In this document: piece by piece, positions 15,740 through 23,394 of the stretch
Position numbering within the stretch: the stretch's first letter is position 1
How the letters are laid out: every line of letters starts with the position of its first letter
Source of the DNA: an uncultured archaeon
GTDB lineage: Archaea > Iainarchaeota > Iainarchaeia > Iainarchaeales > Iainarchaeaceae
Assembly (NCBI GenBank): GCA_964577555.1
Contig: CAZNZM010000003.1
Span: 42,037-74,036, forward strand
DNA: 32,000 bases
Direction: 5' to 3'
The notes under the pieces: generated by a model
Told to the model about the DNA's origin: nothing
Database searches by the model: none
The model's input: the letters and a program-made list of their open reading frames with translations, nothing else
Position numbers and translations under genes: made by a program

Positions 15740-15919
15740 ATGATGGGTTTGCACTCTTCGAAAATCAAAGCCAAGGCTTCAAACTATGCTGCTCCTGAAT
15801 TAAGATGCATGAATTGTGGCAGGATAATTGTGGAGCCCATGCCTGGGCTTTATGGCAGGAGATTCTGCAGCATGGATTGCAAAGATGAATATATGAGTAG
15901 TGGCCCAGCCCAGCCATGA
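15740..15919 (+). CDS. 59-aa TRASH/zf-FCS-like metal-binding protein, not in the ORF track
   Basis: My translation is MMGLHSSKIKAKASNYAAPELRCMNCGRIIVEPMPGLYGRRFCSMDCKDEYMSSGPAQP. The pattern CxxCG-x15-FCSxxC matches the TRASH/FCS zinc-finger layout. GAAGGTG lies 7 nt upstream of the ATG and 12 nt after the previous stop. Confidence 0.6.
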   Translation: MMGLHSSKIKAKASNYAAPELRCMNCGRIIVEPMPGLYGRRFCSMDCKDEYMSSGPAQP

Positions 15920-15924
15920 ATTGG

Positions 15925-16047
15925 GCTTTTTTTTTATTTTTTTCAAACATGTTTTTTTTGCGAGCCATTTTTTTTGTGATTTTTTTTGTCAAACTATTTT
16001 TATTTTTTTTGTTATTTGTTTTGGCTGGACATTTTTTTGTCATTTTT
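15925..16047 (+). repeat. T/G-rich modular low-complexity array, locus E (short)
   Basis: ttttttttgcgagccattttttttgtg (15952-15978) is nearly identical to 4749-4775. ggctggacatttttttgtca (16023-16042) matches the gctagccatttttttgtca unit at 4632-4650. Confidence 0.75.
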
Positions 16048-17262
16048 TTATCTGAATGTTGTGCAAATTTTGTTGAGTTCGTTTGCGAATGTTTCTATTT
16101 CTGATTTGGTGTTGTAAATGTAAAAACTTGCTCTTGCAAGCCCTTTTGGGTTAATGCTTCTAACTATTGGTTCTGCACAATGAAAGCCTGTTCTTATTGC
16201 AATATTTTTTGATTCGTCAAGAGCTACGCCTATATCTAATGTGTCGAGTCCTTCTATGTCAAACAATATTATGCCTGCTTGTTTTTCTGGGTTTTTTGGG
16301 CACTTGAATTTTATTCCTTCTATTTTTTCCATTTCGTTGAATGCTGTTTTGAGAAGTTCTTTTTCGTGGTCTTCAATGTTTTCAATGCCTACTTTTTTAA
16401 TGTATTTTATCGCTTCGCCAAGCCCGTATATTTCAGCTATTGGCATTGTTCCCGGTTCAAATTTTTCGGCATTATCGCTGAAAATTGTTTTTTCAAAAGA
16501 AACTGATTTTATGGCGCCGCCGCCGAACGTGGCTGGCGGTAATTGTTCAATTAGGTCTTTTTTCATGTAAAGGCATCCTATTCCGGTGGGGCCAAGCATT
16601 TTGTGCCCTGAAAATGCTGCAAAGTCGGCTCCGATTTTTTTTATGTCAATTTTTGTATGTGGTGTTGATTGGGCGGCGTCTAAAAGAAAGAGTGCTCCGT
16701 TTTCGTGGCTTAGTTTAGCCGCTTCTTTTACCGGGAAAATTGATCCTATTGTATTTGGTATGTGTGTCATCGCCACTATTTTTGTTTTTTTTGTTATTTT
16801 GGAATTCAAATCTTCAAGGTCAAGCGTAAAGTCGTTGTTTATTTTTATTATTTTGAGTTTTGCGCCTTGTCTTTCGCAAATTTTTTGCCAAGGTATTAAA
16901 TTGGCGTGATGTTCGGCAAATGTAATTGCTATTTCGTCTCCGCTTTTTATTTTTCCTGCTCTTTCAAGCGAAGTTGCAACTATGTTGATGCTGTCGGTAG
17001 TGTTTCTGGTGAATATTATTTCTCCGTCATTTGCGTTTATGAATTTTGCAGTTTCTTTTCTTATTGTGTCTACGTCTGTTGTTGCTTGTCTTGAGAGTCT
17101 ATGTGCGCCTCTTCCTAAATTGGCTCCTATTTCTGTGTAGTATTTGTTCATTGCTTCGATTACGCTTTTTGGTTTAAGTGTTGTAGCTGCGTTGTTTAAG
17201 TAAATCAGGTTTTTTTGTTTTTCAAGTATTGGGAAGTCTTCTCTAATTTTTTCTGGAAGCAT
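16048..17262 (-). CDS. sufS: cysteine desulfurase, SufS/CsdA-like class V aminotransferase
   Basis: 404 aa. N-terminus DFPILEKQKNLIYLNNAATT. PLP-lysine block FSGHKMLGPTGIG. Catalytic Cys loop RTGFHCAEP. Confidence 0.85.
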   Translation of the reverse strand: MLPEKIREDFPILEKQKNLIYLNNAATTLKPKSVIEAMNKYYTEIGANLGRGAHRLSRQATTDVDTIRKETAKFINANDGEIIFTRNTTDSINIVATSLERAGKIKSGDEIAITFAEHHANLIPWQKICERQGAKLKIIKINNDFTLDLEDLNSKITKKTKIVAMTHIPNTIGSIFPVKEAAKLSHENGALFLLDAAQSTPHTKIDIKKIGADFAAFSGHKMLGPTGIGCLYMKKDLIEQLPPATFGGGAIKSVSFEKTIFSDNAEKFEPGTMPIAEIYGLGEAIKYIKKVGIENIEDHEKELLKTAFNEMEKIEGIKFKCPKNPEKQAGIILFDIEGLDTLDIGVALDESKNIAIRTGFHCAEPIVRSINPKGLARASFYIYNTKSEIETFANELNKICTTFR

Positions 17263-17329
17263 AATGATTGTATAGTGTTTGTTTGGTAAAATGCTTAATA
17301 ATTGTATGTTTTATCTTTTGTATGTTTGG

Positions 17330-18289
17330 TTAGTGGTTTGTTTTGGCTAGTTCTTCATCAATAATTTTGAAAAGTTCTTCTTTTGTTTTTGGCGAAACTA
17401 TTGCTTTGTCATTTATGTAAAAGGTTGGTGTTGCATAAATTCCTGCTTCTATTGATTCTTGTTTTTGTTTTTCCACGAAAGAATTGTATTTTTTTGATTC
17501 AAAGCATTGTCTGAAGGTGTTTTTTTCTATTCCTGCTTTTTCTGCGTAAACATAGTAATGCTCTTTTAATTGGGTTGTGTCTTGTAGGTTTGTGCAGCTT
17601 GCTTGGTTTTCGAACAAAAGTTTTTTCAGTTCCCAGAATTTTCCTTGTTCTCTTGCGCATTCTGCGGCAATTGCCGCGTCAAAGGAATATGGGTGGGTTG
17701 GTATTGGAAGGTATTTGAATGTAAAACTTATTTTGTCTTTGTATTTTTCCAGCATTTCTTCAACAATTGGTTCTGCGGCTTTTGTGTATGGGCATGTAAA
17801 GCATCCTACTTCAACTATTTTGATTTTTGCGTTTGGATTTCCTGTTGTTGGAAGTCCTTCGGTTTTCACTGGCTTTAGGTTTTCTGGGTTTTTGTTTTTT
17901 GGAAAAATCCAGTCAAGCCAGCCGTTGCTTATATAGCTTTCTGGGTTGAGGTAGCAAGCTTCTGGGGAATTTTGTCCGTTGCAGTTGCCGTATGCAATAA
18001 AATTGTATATTCCGTATGCGCTGTAAAAAAAACTTGCAATCATTATTATTGTTAGAATTAGTGAGATTGTTTCAAAATGTTTGTTTATGAATTTTCCTGC
18101 TGTTTTGTTGTATTTCATTGTTTTGATTGAAGCAATAGCTTTGAGTCTTTTGTCAAGCCCTGTATTGCATGGTCTTAACGTGATTTTTCTGAAGACACAG
18201 TCAAATGCTTCTTTTGCAAGTGGCTTGTGAGTTGCTGAGAAAATGCTTAATATGCTGAATACGACGAGTGCAATAATGCATACAACCAT
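17330..18289 (-). CDS. membrane-anchored DsbA-family thioredoxin-fold oxidoreductase
   Basis: Two N-terminal TM segments. The C-terminal DsbA-like domain has active site VGCFTCPY, AAECAREQGKFWE and GIYATPTFYIND (cis-Pro loop region). Extra Cys pairs are CVFRKITLRPC and CNGQNSPEAC. Confidence 0.75.
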   Translation of the reverse strand: MVVCIIALVVFSILSIFSATHKPLAKEAFDCVFRKITLRPCNTGLDKRLKAIASIKTMKYNKTAGKFINKHFETISLILTIIMIASFFYSAYGIYNFIAYGNCNGQNSPEACYLNPESYISNGWLDWIFPKNKNPENLKPVKTEGLPTTGNPNAKIKIVEVGCFTCPYTKAAEPIVEEMLEKYKDKISFTFKYLPIPTHPYSFDAAIAAECAREQGKFWELKKLLFENQASCTNLQDTTQLKEHYYVYAEKAGIEKNTFRQCFESKKYNSFVEKQKQESIEAGIYATPTFYINDKAIVSPKTKEELFKIIDEELAKTNH

Positions 18290-18350
18290 AAATCACATTA
18301 TCAATTAGCAAAAATTTATTATTTTGATTGTTTTTTTTTAGTTATTTTTT

Positions 18351-19355
18351 TTATTGTTTTATGGTGTTTGTTGGTTTGCCTTTGATGTATCCTTTTATGT
18401 TTTCAATTGTGGTTTCTAATATTCTTTCTAGGGCTTCTTGGCTGTTGAATGCGTTGTGGGGTGTTATAAGAACGTTTGGCATTTTTAGTAGGACGTGGTT
18501 TCGCAAAACCATTTTGAGGTCGCATTCTTTTTGGAAGTATTTGTCTATGACTTGTTTTTCTTCTCTTATGAAGCATTCTCCTTCAAGGACGTCTAGGCCT
18601 GCCGCGTAAATTGTTTTTGTTGATAGTCCTTTTATAAGTGCGTCGGTGTCGATTATTTCTCCTCTGGCTGTGTTAATGATTACTGCTCCTTTCTTTATTT
18701 TTTTTAGCGAGTCTTTGTTGAACATGTGTCGTGTGGAATCGTTTAATGGAACGTGGAATGTTATTATGTCTGATTTTGAGTATAGTTCATCAAGGCTTGT
18801 ATAATTGAACCCCATTTCTTTTTCAAGTTCTTTTTTTGGGAATCTTTCATATGCGAGGACATTCATTTCGAAGCCTTTTGCGATTCTTATTACGTGTTTT
18901 CCAATGTGTCCTACTCCTATTACTCCTATTGTTTTTCCTTTGAGGTCAAAGCCTCTTAATCCTACTGCTGAAAAATCTGCTTTGCTTGTGCGTTCATATG
19001 ATTGGTGGATTTTTCTTGAGATTGCCAAAATCAGGGCAAAGGTGTGTTCTGCAACTGTGTTTTCTCCATAGCTTGGGACGTTGCATACTGTTATTCCTCT
19101 TTTTGTGCATTCTTTGACATCTATGTGGTTGTATCCTGTTGACATTGTAGTAATTAGTTTTAGTTTTGGCATTGTGTCAAGTATTTTTGAGTCTATATTG
19201 GTGTAAATGAAAATGCCTATTGCTTCAGCATCTTTGTGTTTTTTTGCAGTAGCCAGAGTCATTTTTTTTTCGGAAAAGTGCAATTCGTGGTTTTTAAGTC
19301 TTTCAGCCAAGTATTTTTGTTCCCATTTTTCTGTTTCAAAAAACGCTATTTTCAT
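18351..19355 (-). CDS. D-isomer-specific 2-hydroxyacid dehydrogenase (D-lactate dehydrogenase-like)
   Basis: 334 aa. NAD fold GKTIGVIGVGHIGKHV. Catalytic-domain blocks INTARGEIID and ITPHNAF. Substrate not assignable from sequence alone. Confidence 0.8.
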   Translation of the reverse strand: MKIAFFETEKWEQKYLAERLKNHELHFSEKKMTLATAKKHKDAEAIGIFIYTNIDSKILDTMPKLKLITTMSTGYNHIDVKECTKRGITVCNVPSYGENTVAEHTFALILAISRKIHQSYERTSKADFSAVGLRGFDLKGKTIGVIGVGHIGKHVIRIAKGFEMNVLAYERFPKKELEKEMGFNYTSLDELYSKSDIITFHVPLNDSTRHMFNKDSLKKIKKGAVIINTARGEIIDTDALIKGLSTKTIYAAGLDVLEGECFIREEKQVIDKYFQKECDLKMVLRNHVLLKMPNVLITPHNAFNSQEALERILETTIENIKGYIKGKPTNTIKQ

Positions 19356-19394
19356 GTTGATAATTAATCCATTTGTTTTTAAAATTGCTTTCTG

Positions 19395-20048
19395 TTGCTA
19401 TTTTTAGGTGGTTTTGTGTTAAGTGGAATAAGGAAAAGTTTGAAGCCTTTTGTGGAATTTGTGGCTTCGCCTTTTGCAAAGCTGGGTATTGACCCTAATA
19501 TTTTGAGTTTTGTTGCTGTTCCGCTGGCTTTTATTTCGGGTTATTTTATAGCTTCTGGTGTTTTTTTTCTTGCTTTTATTTTTGCTGTTTTGTCTGTTTC
19601 AATTGATTTGTTTGATGGTGCGGTTGCAAGGCTTCAAAATAGGCAGTCGCTTTTTGGCAATTATATTGAAACGATTATTGACAAGGTTGTTGAGATAGTT
19701 TTGTTTATTTCTTGTTCTTTTGTTCATCCTTTTGCAGCCGCTTCTGCTTTGGGTTTTTCGATGTTGGTTAGTTATGCTAAGCCGCGTGTTGCTTTGGTTA
19801 TCATAACCGATAATCGTGATTGGCCCGGCGTAGGCGAGCATTCTGAACGAATGATTCTTTTGGTTTCTGGTTTGTTGCTTTCTTCTTTCGGGATAAATTT
19901 TTCTGGTGTTTCGGCTCTTGAGCTTTTCTTGTGGGCTATTGCTATTGTTTCTTTTGTAGGTTTTATTACTCGCATATTTTTTGCTAAAACTTTGATTGAA
20001 AAAGCTGAAAAAAACGGGGATATTTTGCCTTATTTGAAAAAAAAGTGA
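19395..20048 (+). CDS. CDP-alcohol phosphatidyltransferase family protein (archaeal polar-lipid head-group synthase)
   Basis: Polytopic. The motif DLFDGAVARLQNRQSLFGNYIETIIDK matches D-G-x2-A-R-x8-G-x3-(D/E)-x3-D. The track start is a TTG at 19395. An in-frame GTG at 19416 has AGGTGG 5 nt upstream and may be the true start. Confidence 0.75.
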   Translation: MLFLGGFVLSGIRKSLKPFVEFVASPFAKLGIDPNILSFVAVPLAFISGYFIASGVFFLAFIFAVLSVSIDLFDGAVARLQNRQSLFGNYIETIIDKVVEIVLFISCSFVHPFAAASALGFSMLVSYAKPRVALVIITDNRDWPGVGEHSERMILLVSGLLLSSFGINFSGVSALELFLWAIAIVSFVGFITRIFFAKTLIEKAEKNGDILPYLKKK

Positions 20049-20067
20049 ATTGTGTTGTATGTTTTTT

Positions 20068-21222
20068 TTATCTGAACATTGTTGCTATTATTGGGAATGC
20101 AATTAGTACTCCTATTGTGGCTCCGAGGTTGGAAAGAGCCATTATTAGGAGAATTTTTGTGACTTGGTTTTTTGTAAAATCTTCTAGGGTGTCAAGTTTT
20201 CTCAGGTTTTCAAAGTCTTTTACTTTTGGGTTTCGCAATTTGGTTTCTACGTATGCTGTGACAAAGCCAACTGCTAATAATGGGTGGAGTGTGGTAAAAG
20301 GTGCGCTGAGAAATGCCGAGAGTATTGTAATTGGGTGTGCTCTAGCGATTAATGCTCCAAGTGCCGAGAGTGATCCTGTTGTAATTACCCAATAGAAACC
20401 CGCTTTTAGCATCGAGTCAGGTCCTTTGTTTATGATTAGCAATGCGAGCATTGTGAAAAAAATTAATGGTATGGCATAGCTTGTTATTCTCAACCAATTA
20501 ATGTTTGGTTTTACTGAATTGATTTCTTGGGTGTTTGTTTCTTTTCCCAAGTATTTTTTTATTCCTTCAACATGTCCTGCGCCTACTATTGCAACTATTT
20601 TTCTTCTAGGGGTGTCCATTATTTTTTGTGCTATGAATGCATCCCTTTCGTCAACTAGTACTTTTTTTATTGATGGCATTTCTTTTCCAAGTTCGTCAAT
20701 TAGTTGTGTTAACATGTCTTTTTCTTTCATTTTTTCTACAAGTTCAGCGTTGATTGTGGTTTTTTCTCGTGAAAATATGTTCGTAATTATTGAGTAGCCT
20801 AATTTCAATTTTTCAATTATCGTCATTTTTTGTATTGCTCTTTTCATGGTGATGTTGATATTTCTGTCAAGCAATGATATTGGAATTTTTTTTTCATTTG
20901 CTATTTTTATGGCTTCCATCATTTCTTGTCCTGGTTTTATTCCAATGTTTTGTCCGAGCCTTCTTTGCAGGTTTGTCAGCAAAATTGTTATAAGGAACAG
21001 GTAGGCATTGCCTTTTGTTATTATTTCCCCAATGCTTGTTTCGCTCCATTGATTTTGGTTTAAAAGTTGTTGAAGTCTGTTTTCATCCAATTCAACCCCT
21101 ATTGAATCTGGATTTTCCAAGTCTATTATGGTTCTGACTTCTTCAATGCTTTTTTGTGATATGTGGGCAGTGCCTATTATTGTTATTTCCTTTCCTTTGA
21201 TAAATAATTTTTCTGCGCTCAT
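20068..21222 (-). CDS. TraB/PrgY/GumN family protein with C-terminal TM segments
   Basis: 384 aa. N-terminus ITIIGTAHISQKSIEEV...PDSIGVELDENR and later IVAIVGAGHVEGI are typical of the TraB family. There are 4-5 C-terminal hydrophobic helices. Confidence 0.75.
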   Translation of the reverse strand: MSAEKLFIKGKEITIIGTAHISQKSIEEVRTIIDLENPDSIGVELDENRLQQLLNQNQWSETSIGEIITKGNAYLFLITILLTNLQRRLGQNIGIKPGQEMMEAIKIANEKKIPISLLDRNINITMKRAIQKMTIIEKLKLGYSIITNIFSREKTTINAELVEKMKEKDMLTQLIDELGKEMPSIKKVLVDERDAFIAQKIMDTPRRKIVAIVGAGHVEGIKKYLGKETNTQEINSVKPNINWLRITSYAIPLIFFTMLALLIINKGPDSMLKAGFYWVITTGSLSALGALIARAHPITILSAFLSAPFTTLHPLLAVGFVTAYVETKLRNPKVKDFENLRKLDTLEDFTKNQVTKILLIMALSNLGATIGVLIAFPIIATMFR

Positions 21223-21236
21223 TTTGATCAGAGTGT

Positions 21237-21941
21237 TTAATTAAGACCATGTTTTTTTTGGCGTTCTAAAATGTTTTTTTTAATCGCGTTTTTAAATTGC
21301 GATCCTACTAATTGTTTGCTTAAATCGTCAAAAACAGTTTTTTCAAGTTCTTGAATGTTTTGTTTTGGTAATTGGCCGTAAATAATTTTTTCAAAATCTG
21401 AGGTTGTTAGGGAAATATAATTTATTCCGTTTGGCTTGGTGTTTGTTGGTTCTCCTCTATTGGTTAGCAATTCTTTTACTAGTGCGAAATCTATTCCTGA
21501 AAAGCGAGCAGTGTAAAATCCGTCAAATAAAATATCGTTTCCTATAAGGATTGAATCTTGTTTTTTTATTTCGCCTTTTTTAATAAGCAGAAGCAAGACG
21601 TGTTGTTTTAGGTAGTGATCTACAAATTCTGGGTTTTTTTCAAGATTTTGTACGTGTCTAGTTTTGTCTTCTTCAGATTTTGAATTGATGTAGTCGTCGT
21701 TGGCGTAAAATATAGAATTGTCGTCAAAGTATTTTTTCAAGCCAAGCGAGTCTATTTTTTGTTTTGCTTTTTCTTTTGACAACCCTGTAATAAGATAAAT
21801 TTTGATTTTGTTTTTGTTTGAAAATTCAGACAGGAAATCCAGAACTTCAATTGCTCTTTTTGATTGGGTGTTGTTGGGAAGCAGTACGTTTTCAAATGAA
21901 AAGAATATGTTTTTTTTTGTGATTTCTTTTTCTTTGTTCAT
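21237..21941 (-). CDS. HAD-like fold protein with a degenerate catalytic motif I
   Basis: 234 aa. HAD-like blocks KIYLITGLSKEKAKQKIDSLGLKKYFD and ILIGNDILFDG. The motif I position reads IFFSFENVLL instead of hhhhDxDx(T/V). It lies 14 nt upstream of traB on the same strand. Confidence 0.55.
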   Translation of the reverse strand: MNKEKEITKKNIFFSFENVLLPNNTQSKRAIEVLDFLSEFSNKNKIKIYLITGLSKEKAKQKIDSLGLKKYFDDNSIFYANDDYINSKSEEDKTRHVQNLEKNPEFVDHYLKQHVLLLLIKKGEIKKQDSILIGNDILFDGFYTARFSGIDFALVKELLTNRGEPTNTKPNGINYISLTTSDFEKIIYGQLPKQNIQELEKTVFDDLSKQLVGSQFKNAIKKNILERQKKHGLN

Positions 21942-22031
21942 TCATGGCAAAATTTGTTCAAAAAGTGTTAAAAATAGAACTCAATTTTCCAGAATAAAAA
22001 CTTATAAAAAAACTTGTGCGCCAATATTTTC

Positions 22032-22982
22032 ATGTCTAATATTTCTGAAGATCTTGCTGTTTTTGCAGGTTCAAGCAATCCAAAGCTGGGCGAGGAAATC
22101 TCAAGGAATTTGAAAATTCCTTTGGGGAAAATTGAATTGAAACGTTTTGCTGATGGCGAAATGTATGTTAATTATCTTGAGACGATAAGAGGCAAGGATG
22201 TTTATATTGTGCAAAGTACCGGGCCGCCTGCGAATGATAATATAATGGAGCTTTTGATAATGATTGATGCCGCGTCTCGTGCTGCTGCTGAAAGAATAAC
22301 TTGTGTCATTCCTTATTATGGTTATGGCAAGCAGGATAGAAAGGCAGCTGACAGGGAGCCGATAACTGCAAAGCTGGTGGCTAAGTTGCTTCAGGCGGCT
22401 GGGGCCGATGCAGTTGTTATAATGGATTTGCATGCTGATCAAATCCAAGGTTTTTTTGATATCAGAGCTGATTTTCTTTATGCTGCAAACATTCTTTTGG
22501 GTTATATAAAGAAAAAAAATTTGAAGTCTCCGATTATTGTGGCTCCTGATGTTGGCGGGACGAAAAGAGCTAGGGCTTATGCAAAATTGTTTGGAGCTGA
22601 ATTGGCAATAATAGACAAGAGAAGGCCGAAGCCGAATGAAAGCGAAGTAATGAATTTGATAGGTGATGTTAGAGGAAAAACTTGCATTTTGGTTGATGAT
22701 GAAATAAATACTGGCGGCACTCTTGTTAATGCTGCTGAAGCGCTAGCCAAAAACGGCGCAAGCGAGGTTTATGCTTTGGCTTCTCATGGTGTTTTTGCTG
22801 GCAATGCAATTCAGTTAATTGAAAAAAGCTGTATAAAAGAGGTAATAGTTACAAATAGCCTTCCGCAAAAAAATTTGATTCAAAAAATAAAAGTTGTTTC
22901 TGTGGCTCCTCTGCTTGCGCAAACCATAAAATCAATGCATTATAAAGGCTCCATATCCAAAATAATGAAAAAAATAAAGTAA
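22032..22982 (+). CDS. prs: ribose-phosphate pyrophosphokinase (PRPP synthetase)
   Basis: Blocks VFAGSSNPKLGEEIS, RFADGEMYV, YYGYGKQDRK, and PRPP loop ILVDDEINTGGTL. I chose the ATG at 22032 over the upstream alternative start at 22014 because the TATA-like cttataaaaaaa (22001-22012) is centred about 26 nt upstream, implying a leaderless mRNA. Confidence 0.9.
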   Translation: MSNISEDLAVFAGSSNPKLGEEISRNLKIPLGKIELKRFADGEMYVNYLETIRGKDVYIVQSTGPPANDNIMELLIMIDAASRAAAERITCVIPYYGYGKQDRKAADREPITAKLVAKLLQAAGADAVVIMDLHADQIQGFFDIRADFLYAANILLGYIKKKNLKSPIIVAPDVGGTKRARAYAKLFGAELAIIDKRRPKPNESEVMNLIGDVRGKTCILVDDEINTGGTLVNAAEALAKNGASEVYALASHGVFAGNAIQLIEKSCIKEVIVTNSLPQKNLIQKIKVVSVAPLLAQTIKSMHYKGSISKIMKKIK

Positions 22983-23028
22983 TAATAATTATGCAAAGAT
23001 TATGCAAAAAGCAATTTTTTGCAAATAG

Positions 23029-23040
23029 CTTTTTATAGAT
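23029..23040 (+). promoter_or_regulatory. TATA-box candidate for the ATP synthase operon
   Basis: ctttttatagat is the only strong TATA-like element between the prs stop (22982) and the first operon ORF. It is preceded by three TGCAAA-containing repeats at 22989-23025. Confidence 0.4.
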
Positions 23041-23058
23041 TACTTATATCCAATCTAA

Positions 23059-23394
23059 TTGTACAAAATAACTGAACTTGATTTGGGTTGGATTAAAGTG
23101 AAGAAAAAAATTGGGCTGAAAGGCTCTTTCAATGGCAGTGTTTGTAACAAGGCGAATGTCAACAAGTCGCTCAAAATTTTTTCGTATGGCTTGGTTGTGT
23201 TGAAAACAATTCCTTTTTTGCTTGGAGTTTTGTTCGTGCTTTCGCTTGCCATTAGATTCAGGCAAATAAATAATGAAACTGCTATGTTCTATATGCTTGT
23301 TGTTTTGATTTTGTCTTATTTTTTTATACACAAGTCTGCGCAAAGATTGTATGATGCTATAAAACAAAAAGATGGTGTTGCAAATGGAAGATAA
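23059..23394 (+). CDS. small 2-TM membrane protein at the head of the ATP synthase operon, unknown function
   Basis: Two hydrophobic helices, IFSYGLVVLKTIPFLLGVLFVLSLAI and AMFYMLVVLILSYFFI. The 3' end overlaps the atpH start by 23 nt. The start is uncertain: TTG at 23059 or GTG at 23098. Confidence 0.45.
   Translation: MYKITELDLGWIKVKKKIGLKGSFNGSVCNKANVNKSLKIFSYGLVVLKTIPFLLGVLFVLSLAIRFRQINNETAMFYMLVVLILSYFFIHKSAQRLYDAIKQKDGVANGR

Noticed and set aside
15558-15743. 61-aa TTG-start track ORF overlapping the Cys-rich peptide in another frame
   Set aside because: It has no SD and a non-ATG start. The alternative frame (15608..15727) has GGAGGGG plus ATG and a structured Cys pattern.
15765-16043. 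92-aa reverse-strand ORF antisense to the TRASH-like gene
   Set aside because: Its N-terminal half is array-derived K-rich sequence. Its Cys/His-rich C-terminal half is the antisense image of the + strand Cys codons. The + strand reading has a clean CxxCG...FCSxxC domain layout with an ATG and an SD. Some ambiguity remains and should be settled by conservation analysis.
23044-23367. 107-aa and 65-aa reverse-strand ORFs upstream of atpH
   Set aside because: They are antisense to the 2-TM ORF, have no hydrophobic or motif structure, and would run into the prs terminator/ATPase promoter region. The + strand ORF fits the operon context better, though it is itself only moderately supported.
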